A DNA stretch of 64,000 bases from Pristiophorus japonicus (lineage: Eukaryota), in contig NC_091999.1 of assembly GCF_044704955.1 (NCBI RefSeq), positions 63,984,001 to 64,048,000 on the forward strand. The letters run 5' to 3'. Under the pieces are notes generated by a model. That model was not told where the DNA came from and searched no databases. It saw only the letters and a program-made list of their open reading frames with translations. Positions 50,914-62,172 of this stretch are shown in pieces. The number at the start of each line of letters is the position of its first letter. Within the stretch, counting starts at the first letter, position 1. The position numbers and the translations under genes were made by a program.

Positions 50914-51679
50914 ACGGTTGAATTTCGGATGCCGTGGATTTTCCTCTCTGTTTATTAACAACTCTGTGTCCTGAAAATAAATATGTCCATCGTGATTCTC
51001 AGAGTAAAATGCTTCAATTAATAGATCCGAATCTGTAGCTGAGAATATCATAACCGGGATTTCCATCTTTCTGTTTGAAATGTGTGAGATAATCGTGGCC
51101 ATAATGTAAATATATCTCAGAGTTTCACCGTTGTTTGAATATTTCTTGGGGAAAAAAGTCACTTTTCTAGTTCCTAATTCTCAATTATTCCCTTCCTTTT
51201 ATGTTGATCCCTTATTTTCTCTCCCAGATGCCTGTTACATTTGTACAGATAGCCGGCCAGCTCAGACCACCGGTGTTGTGGTCTCAATGTGCTGTTATAT
51301 TCACTTTGTGCTACATTTTTGAAAAACTTCTCTACAAATTGTTCTTTGCGAAATTGTTAATAAATCTGGAATGGCGATTGGACTAAGTTGGAAATGTTGT
51401 TGAATTCCTTTCTAGGAGGCTCATCCGCACCGTTGCAGATCCCATTACACTTTGTTTTATTTCCCTGACTGATATTTTTTAAACATCCTGTTTTGGTTTT
51501 GTTTCAATCCAAGTTCCTTCGGTTAAGGAGCCACTGTGCCACCCAGTGTCCCATCAGAATAAAGACACCTTTATCTCTGCCTTTGTAAGTCAAGTCCCAG
51601 AGTGCAATTGACAGCACAGCGACAACGCAGTACCTCTAACATTATGGTCTGTCACAGTAAATGTCAGGTTCTATTAAAG

Positions 51680-52971
51680 AGCAAGGGGAGAGGAAGAAGA
51701 ATGGAAGAGCTGTAGTGGTTGGGGCTTCAATAGTCAGGGAAGCAGACAGTCGGTTCTGCGGCCGCAGCTGTGAATCCAGGATGGTATGTTGCCTCACTAG
51801 TGCTAGGGTCAAGGATGTCACCGAACGGTTGCAGGGCTTTCTGGGTGGAGGAGGATGAACAGCCAGAGGTCCTGATCCGTATCGGGACAAACGTCATGGG
51901 TAGTAAGAGGGATGAGGTTCTGCAGGCAGAATTTAGGGAGCTAGGAGACAGATTAAAAAGCAAGACCTCAAAACTAGTAATCTCCAGATTAATCCAGTTG
52001 TCAAGAGCTAGTGAGTACGGAAATAGGAGAATAGAGCAGGTAGATGTGTGACTGATTGAAATAGTACAAGAGGGAGGGCTTTCGAATCCTGAAGCATTGG
52101 AACCGCTTCTGGTGGAGGTGTGACCTGTACAAGCCAGAACGGGTTTCACCTCAACAGAGCCGGACCAATATCCACGCGGGTTGGTCGGGTGGGGTTGCGG
52201 GGGTTGAGAGGGGTTGCTCGTGCTGTTGCGGAGGGTTTAGATTATCTTGGCTTGGGAATAGGAACAGGAGAATAGATTCTCTTTGAAGGGGAATTAATAA
52301 TGGAGCGCAGGGAAATGGCAGAGACGTTGAACAAATATTTTGTACCGGTATTCACGGTAGAAAACACCAAAAACATCCCAATAGTGGATAATCAAGGGGC
52401 TATAGGTAGCGAGGAACTTAATCCAATCACTATCATTAATGAAGTAGTATTAGGTAAAATAATGGGACTAAAGTTGGACAAGTCTCCTGGACCTGATGCA
52501 TTATATCTTAGGATCTTTAGAGAAGTGGCTGCAGAGATAGTAGATGCATTTGTTGTAATCTACCAAAATTCCCTGGATTCTGGGGTGGTCCCATCAGATT
52601 GGAAAACCACAAATGTAATGCGACTATTTCAAAAATCAGGCAGCTACAAATCAGGAAACTAGACCAGTTAGCCAAATATCTGTCATTGTGAAAATGCTGG
52701 AGTCCATTATTAAGGAAGCAGTAGCGGGACATTTGGAAAGCAGGATCCAATCAAGAAGAGTCTGCATGGTTTTATGAAAGGGAAATCACGTTTGAAAAAT
52801 TTGCTGGAGTGGGTAACGAGCAGGGTGGATAAAGGGTAATCATTAGATGTGTTGTATTTGGATTTCCAGAAGGCATTCGATAATGTACCACATAAGTGGT
52901 TACTGCACAAATTAAAAGCTCACCTGGTTGTGTAATATATTACCATTGATTGAAGATTGACTAACTAACAG
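51680..52971 (+). mobile_element. Degenerate CR1 (ORF1 esterase fragment plus internally deleted ORF2), 3'-truncated
   Basis: VVVGASIVR, IGTN, KSPGPD and YLDFQKAFD motifs. Confidence 0.88.
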
Positions 52972-53090
52972 AGCAAACCATACAATAGCCAAGAGATCAG
53001 GAGAAATGAAATGTGGAAGGAACATAGTTATGATTATACATTCTGGGGAGGTTTTCTTGGCAAGATATGCAGTTACTGTTGAAGAAGCTG
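52972..53090 (+). pseudogene. Possible 3' remnant of a TCR alpha/delta-type constant-domain exon
   Basis: YDYTFWGGFLGK, then (shifted frame) VTVEEAG|GTAATG with a phase-1 donor. The resemblance to shark TCR C strands E-F is from memory and weak. Confidence 0.25.
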
Positions 53091-53881
53091 GTAATGAGCA
53101 AGGGAATTGCAGCTGCAAAAATCCCCAACCACCTTTAAAGCTGGAGTAGCAGGAAGAGCTGCATCTGAGTTTCCTGTGGGCGGCTGGGCATGTGAGCCGC
53201 TCTTACGCCCGGATGAAACGTGCTGCAATAAGCACTGAGACACCGCCTACTTTTCAAATGCATCTGTTTGACGGACATTCCACCATTTGTTTCTGACAAA
53301 CAGTTGGCCATATATGTTTGATGTGCTGTCGGCCGTGTTAGTATGACGTAGCCATGTTTCTGTGACGTCTCATTACATGAACTAATGTTTCTTTACAACC
53401 ATTTAAATAAAACATGACTTAAATTCCCACAAAGGAAACAATTTTACTTTTTCAATAAAAACTAGCAAATAGGCGACAGAAATAAAGATACAGGCAGCCA
53501 CGATTAAAGTGTTTGACAGGTTTGAGCCACAATGCCCTTCACACTACCCAGATGCTTTGTCGTTTGGCGAGTAGCACATGTGCGAACAGTCCTCCCATAG
53601 AGCACCGCGGCCCGGGGACCATATTGAGCCTTTTTTGGCCGCTTTGCATTGTGAAAGCTCTGTTATTCACGACTCCTTAAATCATTGAAAGGATGTGAGC
53701 TAAAGGAACCAGTGAATGCCAATTTATTCAAGCCCCCATAAGGCAATCAGAGCTCTCCGTATGAGCTAATAGCACTTGGCCAGATGTATTTCAGGTTAAT
53801 CAAAGCATGGAAATTATATTATTGAGTCAGAGACCGGAAAGTAAGAAGAGCAAATTGTACAAAAATCTTTATTTTCCCCAG

Positions 53882-53986
53882 AGTCCCAGAAACATACAAC
53901 TATTTTCTCTTTCATGTCCTCCCTCATTCGGTTGAGTGATTGCAAGACCACTGTTTTCAAGTTTGGAAAGTTACAGCTGTCTTTAG
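53882..53986 (+). pseudogene. Probable TCR alpha/delta-type transmembrane exon remnant
   Basis: Acceptor ttttccccag and donor G|GTGAA; reads ..FSFMSSLIRLSDCKTTVFKFGKLQLSL, with R-x4-K-x3-F spacing as in TCR alpha/delta TM and a KL-x3-(TTA at the stop position)-G|gt ending as in TRDC exon 3. Confidence 0.4.
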
Positions 53987-54447
53987 GTGAAATTTAAAGA
54001 AAGTAATGGGCCGGAGCCTTCCACGAGCAGAACAACACGATAAATATCCAGCTTTAAAGGAATACACGGGAGGAAATCACCCACAGAGGCAGAATATAGG
54101 AACTAGAACCTTTCCTATTAACTAAGCGACAAGCTGACCTTGGAGCTCCTGGAGCTGATCTGAACATCCATCCATCAAGTCAAGGGAAAACAGCTGATCA
54201 GAAGCAGAAAGGACAGTTTAGAAGTCAGTTCATTCGATGGTGGTCGATTCACAGGTCGATTTTCGGACCGATTGAATAATGCAACTTGTTTTCTCGGCCG
54301 CTCCTGGAATCATTTGGCTGACAATTGGATCCGAGGTTAATTTGGTATATTCTCTGTGTGTCTGAGCGCCTGACAGCGCGCTGCACACTGTGGCTGCATC
54401 TGCCCGCGATTCCAACAGGCAGGAGCTCCGCCGAACTGGCCAATGGC

Positions 54448-54486
54448 AGTTTTTGTACGGTGGTGATGTTGCTTTCCATCTCTGCA
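54448..54486 (-). promoter_or_regulatory. 23-bp-spacer recombination signal sequence (degenerate heptamer)
   Basis: TGCAGAG + 23 nt + ACAAAAACT directly after the V coding end. Confidence 0.85.
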
Positions 54487-54792
54487 TGTCTCAGGGCGCT
54501 GTAATACACGCCAGCGTCAGTAGGGTGCAGCCCGGAGATGTTTAAGCTGATGAATTTATTCGTGGTCTGGAGCTCTGCAGAGAAACGGGTTTGAGCAAAA
54601 TCTGCATTATTCTCACCACCGTTCGAATATTGCCTCAGTGTAAACGTGGGCTGTGTGTCTGGGTGTTAGCAGTAGCAGAATAAATAATACAAGCTCCATG
54701 CAGTTTCATAATATAGCTTAAAGTCACCATTTCACCCTGTGCCTTAACTCCTGAGGACAGCTGGTGAGTGACAGAGTCTCCTTTACTCAGAT
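54487..54792 (-). pseudogene. TCR V (delta/alpha-type) pseudogene, inverted relative to IgM
   Basis: Acceptor ccag; DLSKGDSVTHQ..GEMVTLSY / YETAWSLYYLFCYC*HPDTQPTF..ADFAQTRFSAELQTTNKFISLNISGLHPTDAGVYYSALR. Both Cys and the Trp are lost; contains a frameshift and a stop. Confidence 0.88.
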
Positions 54793-55289
54793 CTGGGCAA
54801 CTTGTTCAAACAGGAAAAGGTCAGACCGGGCTGTGATTACAATTCAGTTTCAACCCATATTAGAAATGATAGAAAAGATTAAATAGGTTTTGTCCACAAT
54901 TATCTTTCAGAAATGTCCCACGCAACCCCGCTGCTGAGTCATCGCATTGTCGCTGCTGCTTTGTAAAAGGGGTTTGTATATTTAAAGACACCCATTCTAA
55001 TACCCACTCTCAATATTCGTGTGTCGTGTCTCAGGATGCTCTCGGTTGTGCTGTGAAACCGTAGGTGGTGAGCTGGCAGCCAGTGTACGGCAACACTCCG
55101 AGCTGGGCTACACTCAGTGTACTTATACGGGAATGGTTTGGTTTTAAACACCAGTGCTGGGAATGAAACCTTTACCTGGTTATTGTGACTGAAATTTGCA
55201 GGATTGTTGATGGCTTTGTTTTATAGGGGGAGGGGCGCTTTTTAGCAATTTCCCGTTCGTCTATTTAATGTTCACGGGAGCAGAATGCG

Positions 55290-55640
55290 GGGAAATTGTA
55301 CAAAAGGGCAGGGTGATTGGAGGCTGGGTTCAAACGCAGAGGATGAATGTTGGGCGGCTATAAATCGCCAGGGTGTGGTGCAGGGCAGATTCACGGCCCC
55401 CGAAGTGAGGTGTTGGACGGCATCAAACCACCAGACTGAGGTGTTGGGCGTGTTCATAGCGCTAGGGTAGGTGTAACGTGAACCAATAGCCCCAGGGTGA
55501 GATGTATGGCGTGTTTAGACCCCCAGGGTGAGATGTAGGGCGATTTCAGTGCCCTAAGGGTGAGGTGTGGAGCTGGTGCAGAGCACCAGTATGAGGTGTA
55601 GGGCGGGTTCAGACCCCTAAGGCGAGGTGTAGGCCGGGTT
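55290..55640. repeat. Degenerate ~33-bp G-rich tandem repeat
   Basis: gaggtgtagggcgggttcagacccc..gggt units. Confidence 0.65.
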
Positions 55641-56727
55641 CTTTTTAATAAAAGATCAACATCAGCATGGCCGGAAAAAATGTCCTTACAACTTTCACTC
55701 ATATTAGAAATGGATATGGCGCAGAAATCAAATAAAGTACAGGCGGATTCGATTTATTGTTCGCCCCGTTAATATCGATCTCTACCATTGGTATAATTAA
55801 TGGCATCAGAAATCAGATCTCAGTGTGTGTCATTGATTCACATTTTAATGTCGTGTTTTCGATTCGCCACACTCTTCTAGTCACGTGTTCTGTCCACAGT
55901 TTACTAACCAAAGCCATCGTTCGATATGACTGATGTCTTTTTTTGATGATTGTGCCCGAAGTACCGACCCAACCCATTTGCGGATTTCACACATTAATCT
56001 TCAATTCATTCCACAATTTGCACAACTTTTGGAATAAAGCAGAATTTAACACAATGCCCGGGATCTGATCCACAATATGTATATTGTGACCTGACACCAT
56101 CTACAGATATTCAGTGAATTGTTCAGATCTCGGGGGAAAGTGTGGGATATTCACTGACCTGATGCAGTTCCTCCTTATGGGAAGCTGGGTTAGAGCAGTC
56201 CTGAAATAATATGCCGAGCAGCAGCAAAGGTTTTACTAAAGACAGAGAGAAGGAAGTTCGTAGCATTATGGATAAAGAGTGGAGACAGGGGAAGAGAAGG
56301 TACATACAGGCACGGAAGTAGCATCGAAAGACAAAGGGTGAATTGTGGCACCACAGACATGATTTCTGAAGTTAATTTTATTATAACTACGAGTTGAAAT
56401 CACAAACTAATATTAATCCGCCGTTTTACTCTCGCTGCATAGAGATAAATCACGAAGGAATTATTTTCAAGTGGCAGGCGTTTGTGTTAATACTTTCCTC
56501 TTCAACCATCATTTCAGGAACTGCCTGTTCCACTGTGCCGTGGTGTCTCCATGGTAACATTAAATAATAGTAATAGTCATCATATTCATCGTCACCATCA
56601 TCTCAAACAAAATAACCATCATCGCCACCATTACACATTTAACCAATAATAACATCTGGGTTACAGCAGTGAAGGGGAGAATGGATTTTCACTGAGAAAG
56701 AAATACTTATTAAGAAGTGATATAATA

Positions 56728-58150
56728 AGAACATAAGAACATAAGAAATGGGTACAGGATTAGGCCATGCAGTCCCTCGAGCCTGCTCTGCCATGCAATA
56801 GATCAATGCTGATCTGATCATGAACTCAACTCCACTTCCCTGCCTGCTTCCCATAACCCATCATCCTCTTTATCATTTAAGTAACTATTTATGTCTTAAA
56901 TTTATTTTATGTCCCAGCATCCACAGTTCCCTGCGGCAGCGAATTTCACAGATTTTCAACACTCTGAGAGAAGAAATGACTCCTCATCTCTGTTTTAAAT
57001 GCGCAGCCCCTTATTCTAAGATCATGCCCTCTAGTTCTACTCCACCCCATCAGTGGAAACATCTTCTCTGCATCCACGTTGCCAAGCCCTCTCATACTCT
57101 TATACGTTTCGATAAGATCACCGCTCATACTTCTGCATTCCAATGAGTAGAGGCCCAATCTACTCAACGTTTCCTCAGAAGTCACCCACTCATCCCCGGA
57201 ATCAACTTAGTGAAGCTTCTCTGAACTGCCTACAAGCAAGTATATCTTTTCGTAAATATGGAAACCAAAACTGCACACAATATGTGGCCTCACCAATATT
57301 CTGTACAGCTGTAGCAAGACATCCCGGCTTTTATACTCCATCCCCTTTGCAATAAAGGCCAAGATTCCATGGGCCCTCCTGATCACTTGGTGTACCTGCA
57401 TACGATCGTTTTGTTTTTCATGCACCAGCACCTTCTCTTCCCGCTGAACTGTGGCACTTTGCAATCTTTCTCCATTTACATAAGAACTTGCTCGTTGGTT
57501 TGTTCTGCAAAAGCGCTTGACCTCCCACTTCCCAGCATTATACTCCATCTGCCAAATTCTTACCCATTCACTTAGCCTGTCTATGTCCTTTCGCAGTTTT
57601 TTGTGCCCTCCTCACACATTGCTTTTCCTCTCATCTATTTATCATCAGCAAAATTGAATACTTTACTCTCAGCCCCTTCCTCCTAGTTGTTAATATAGAT
57701 TGTACATATCTGAGGTCCCAGCACTGATGCATGCGGCGCCGCACTGGTTGCCAACCAGAGAATGAACAATTTTTCCCGACTCTCTGTTTTCTGTTAGTAA
57801 GCCAATCCTCTATCCATGCTAATATATTACCCCAACCCCTTGAACTATTATCTTGTTCTGTAATCTTTTATGTCAAATGGCTTCCGGAAATCCAAATACA
57901 TCACATCTTCTGTTGCCCATTTATCCACCCTGTTCGTTAGATCCTCAAAGAATTCCAGCAAATTTGTCAAAAATGATTTTGCTTCATAAATCCATGGTGA
58001 CTCTGCTTGACCGAATTTTGCTTTTGCAAATGTCCTGTTACTGCTTCTTTCATAATGGACTCCAACATTTTCCCAACCACAGATGTTAGGCTAATTGGTC
58101 TATAGTTTTCTGCTTTTTGGCTGACTCCTTTTTTAAACAGGGATTTTACA
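56728..58150 (-). mobile_element. CR1 LINE 3' fragment, (cataagaa)n-tail subfamily
   Basis: Tail aagaacataagaacataagaa; reverse RT ORFs (NYRPISLTSVVGKML). Confidence 0.9.
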
Positions 58151-58402
58151 TAATGATGAGGAGCAGTGCGAGATGGTTCCACATTACATTCCCTGAGTCT
58201 GAAGCTATGCGGTCCTGGAAACCCTCTGTCGGAACAGAAATAGAGTACCATGCCACACTGCCCTGCTGATCCAAACAATGCTAAACAGGGATCTGCAGCA
58301 GCAATCTCTCCAATAAAACAGGGCATGCAAGCAGTTTAAGGGCGCCCATGAACAGACTAACTATTTGTACTACGTCGCCCTTCTGCGCATATGCACATTA
58401 AT

Positions 58403-58562
58403 GTGTCTGTGTGTGTGTATGTGCGTGTGTGTGTGTGTGTGCGTGTGTGTGTGTGTGTGTGTCTGTGTATGTGTGGCTGAGTGCATGTCTATATGTCTAT
58501 GGATGTCTATGTGTGTGTGTGAGTACGGCTGTCTGTGCATGTGTGTATGTGTATATGTATGT
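58403..58562. repeat. (GT)n microsatellite
   Basis: Direct observation. Confidence 0.95.
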
Positions 58563-58980
58563 CTATTTGTCCGTGTTGCCAATGCACTATGCCATAGTTG
58601 TATGATCGGCAGGAGTGAGCTCTCTGATCACTTTACAAAGATCATGATCTCTATGTACAGTGGTGGCTGTTTAGAGAGGTAAAAATGGGCGGGAAGAAGA
58701 AATCCCAGCCAAGCTGATAAGATCCCCGTCCTATTTGAGTTTTCCACTTCAGGCCTGGTAAAGGCAGTGATGACAGTATCTTTTTCCTGGAGTTTAGACT
58801 GTAACAATTGAAGTGAAACTCTTCCTGTCTCTGATTATTGTCCTGAACAGAGTTTGTGATATTTTGAACCATTCTATAAGATTCTCCAGTTCTCATACAA
58901 CTTCTCGTTTCCATCTACGGGTGCTTCTTCTCTACCTGTTTCTCTGTCTAACCTGCTGTGTGTCTGCTGTTTATTTTCAG

Positions 58981-59093
58981 GGATGACGAGCGGAGACTCT
59001 GTGTCCCAAGGAGTCGGGTCAGAGTTGGGTGCAGATTCAGCAATAAATTGCAGTTACTCTGTATTGGCTACAAGCTATGGCCTGTTCTGGTAT
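58981..59093 (+). pseudogene. TCR V (alpha/delta-type) pseudogene, 5' part (FR1 to WY)
   Basis: Acceptor ttattttcag; GMTSGDSVSQGVGSELGADSAINCSYSVLATSYGLFWY, cut by the CR1 tail. Confidence 0.85.
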
Positions 59094-59190
59094 AGAAACA
59101 TAGAAACATAGAAAATAGGTGCAAGAGCAGGCCATTCAGCACTTCTAGCCTGCACCGCCATTCAATGGGTTCATGGCTGAACATGAAACT

Positions 59191-62170
59191 TCAGTACCCC
59201 TTTCCTGCTTTCACGCCATACTCCTTGATCCCCCGAGTAGTAAGGACTTCATCTAACTCCCTTTTGAATATATTTAGCGAATAGGCCTCAACTACTTTCT
59301 ATTGTAGAGAATTCCACAGGTTCACCACACTCTGTATGAAGAAGTTTCTCCTCATCTCGGTCCTAAATGGCTTACCCCTTATCCTTAGACTGTGATCCCT
59401 GGTTCTGGAATTCCCAAACATTGGGAACATTCTTCCTGCATCCAACCTATCCAAACCCGTCAGAATTTTAAACGTTTCTATGAGGTCCCCTCTCACTCTT
59501 CTGAACTCCAGTGAATACAAGCCCAGTTGATCCAGTCTTTCTTGATAGGTCAGTCTCACCTTCCCGGGAATCAGTCTGGTGAGTCTTCGCTGCACTCCCT
59601 CAATAGCAAGAATGTCCTTCCTCAAGTTAGGAGACCAAAACTGTACACAATACTCCAGGTGTGGCCTCACCAAGGCCCTGTAAACTGTAGCAACACCTCC
59701 CTACCACTGTACTCAAATCCCCTCGCTATGAAGGCCAACATGCCATTTGCTTTCTTAACCGCCTGCTGTACCTGCATGCCAACCTTCAATGACTGATGTT
59801 CAATGACATCCAGGTCTCGTTGCACCTTCCCTTTTCTTAATCTGTCACCATTCAGATAATAGTCTGTCTCTCTGTTTTTACCACCAAAGTAGATAACCTC
59901 GCATTTATCCACATTCTACTTCATCTGCCACGCATTTGCGCACTCACCTAACCTATCCAAGTCACTCTGCAGCCTAATAGCATCCTCCTCGCAGCTCACA
60001 CTGCCACCCAACTTAGTGTCATCCGCAAATTTGGAGATACTACATTTAATCCCCTCGTCTAAATCATTAATGTACAATGTAAACAGCTGGGGCCCCAGCA
60101 CAGAACCCTGCGGTACCCCACCAGTCACTGCCTGCCATTCCGAAAAGTACCCATTTACTCCTACTCTTTGCTTCCTGTCTGACAACCAGTTCTCAATCCA
60201 CGTCAGCACACAACCCCCAATCCCATGTGCTTTAATTTGCACATTAATCTCCTGTGTGGGACCTTGTCGAAAGCCTTCTGAAAGTCCAAATATACCACAT
60301 CAACTGGTACTCCTTTGTCCACTTTACTGGAAACATCCTCAAAAAATTCCAGAAGATTTGTCAAGCATGATCTCTCTTTGACAAATCCATGCTGACTTGG
60401 ACCCATCATGTCACCATTTTCCAAATGCGCTGCTATGACATCCTTAATAATTGATTCCATCAAATTACCCACTACTGAGGTCAGGCTGACCGGTCTATAA
60501 TTCCCTGCTTTCTCTCTCCCTCCTTTTATAAAAAGTGGGGTTACATTGGCTACCCTCCACTCGATAGGAACTGATCCAGATTCAATGGAATGTTGGAAAA
60601 TGACTGTCAATGCATCCGCTATTTCCAAGGCCACCTCCTTAAGTACTCTGGGATGCAGTCCATCAGGCCCTGGGGATTTATTGGCCTTCAATCCCATCAA
60701 TTTCCCCAACACAATTTCCCGACTAATAAAGATTTCCCTCAGTTCCTCCTCCTTACTAGACTCTCTGACCCCTTTTATATACGGAAGGTTGTTTGTGTCC
60801 TCCTTTGTGAATACTGAATCAAAGTACTTGTTCAATTGGTCTGCCATTTCTTTGTTCCCCGTTATGACTTCCCCTGATTCTGACTGCAGGGGACCTACGT
60901 TTGTCTTTACTAAACTTTTTCTCTTTACATACCTATATAAACTTTTGCAATCCGCCTTAATGTTCCCTGCAAGTTTCTTCTCGTACTCCATTTTCCCTGC
61001 CCTAATCAAACCCTTTGTCCTCCTCTGCTGAGGTCTAAATTTATCCCAGTCCCCAGGTTCGCTGCTATTTCTGGCCAATTTGTATGCCATTTCTTTGGCT
61101 TTAATACTATCCCTGATTTCCCTTGATAGCCACGGTTGAGTCACCTTCCCTTTTTTATTTTTACGCCAGACAGGAATGTACAATTGTTGTAATTCATCCA
61201 TGCGGTCTCTAAATGTCTGCCATTGCACATCCACAGTCAACCCCTGAAGTATCATTAGCCAATCTATCTTACCCAATGCACGCCTCATACCTTCAAAGTT
61301 ACCCTTCTTTACGTTCTGGACCATGGTCTCTGAATTAACTGTTTCATTCTCCATCCTAATGCAGAATTCCACCATGTTATGGTCACTCTTCCCCAAGGGG
61401 CCTCGCACAATGAGATTGCTAATTAATCCTCTCTCATTACACAACACCCAGTCTAAGATGGCCTCCCCGCTAGTTGGTTCCTCGACATATTGGTCTAGAA
61501 AACCATCCCTTATGCACTCCAGGAAATCCTCCTCCACCGTATTGCTTCCAGTTTGGTTAGCCCAATCTATGTGCATATTAAAGTCACCCATTATAACTGC
61601 AGCACCTTCATAGCATGCACTCCTAATTTCCTGTTTGATGCCCTCCCCAACATCACTACTACTGTTTGGAGGTCTGTACACAACTCCCACTAACTTTTAT
61701 TGCCCTTTAGTGTTCTGCAGCTCTACCCATATAGATTCCACATCATCTAAGCTAATGTCTTTCCTAACTATTGCATTAATCTCCTCTTTAAACAGCAATG
61801 CTACCCCACCTCTTTTTCCTTTTATTCTATCCTTCCTGAATGTTGAATACCCCTGGATGTTGAGTTCCCAGCCCTGATCATCCTGGAGCCACGTCTCCGT
61901 AATCCCAATCACATCATATTTGTTAACATCTATTTGCACAGTTAATTCATCCAGCTTATTGCGGATACTCCTTGCATTAAGACACAAAGCCTTCAGGCTT
62001 GCTTTTTTAACACCCTTTGTCCTTTTAGAATTTTGCTGTAAAGTTGCCCTTTTTGTTCTTTGCCTTGGGTTTCTCTGCCCTCCACTTTTCCTCATCTCTT
62101 TTCTGTCTTTTGCTTTTGCCTCATTTTTGTCTCCCTCTGTGACCCTGCATAGGTTCCCATCCCCCTGCAA
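59191..62170 (-). pseudogene. CR1 ORF2 (AP endonuclease + reverse transcriptase) with a few stops and frameshifts
   Basis: Consecutive ORFs 61697-62170, 60203-61690, 59916-60242, 59667-59912 and 59299-59673; motifs NARS, ITETW, GDFN, SDH, YLDFQKAFD, FADD. Confidence 0.95.
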
Positions 62171-62172
62171 TA

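Noticed and set aside
51495-51570. CACTGTG-cca-CCCAGTG as a D segment
   Set aside because: Only 3 nt of coding sequence, the upstream nonamer-like sequence is at the wrong spacing (about 28 nt) and the downstream nonamer is weak.
52912-53118. Minus-strand ORF (TVTAYLAKKTSPE) as a TCR C exon
   Set aside because: Only superficial resemblance; it lacks the rest of the domain and runs into CR1 sequence. The + strand reading has a proper donor.
53600-53645. GPGTILSL as a J segment
   Set aside because: No F/W before GxG, no RSS upstream and no splice donor.
56159-56200. 42-bp AG/GT-bounded segment on the - strand as a leader or hinge exon
   Set aside because: The phase-1 frame has a stop and the other frames have no recognisable product.
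58600-58680. Leader exon for the + strand V ending GAG|GTAAAA
   Set aside because: Position and donor are plausible, but there is no open phase-1 hydrophobic frame, so it is not supportable as a feature.
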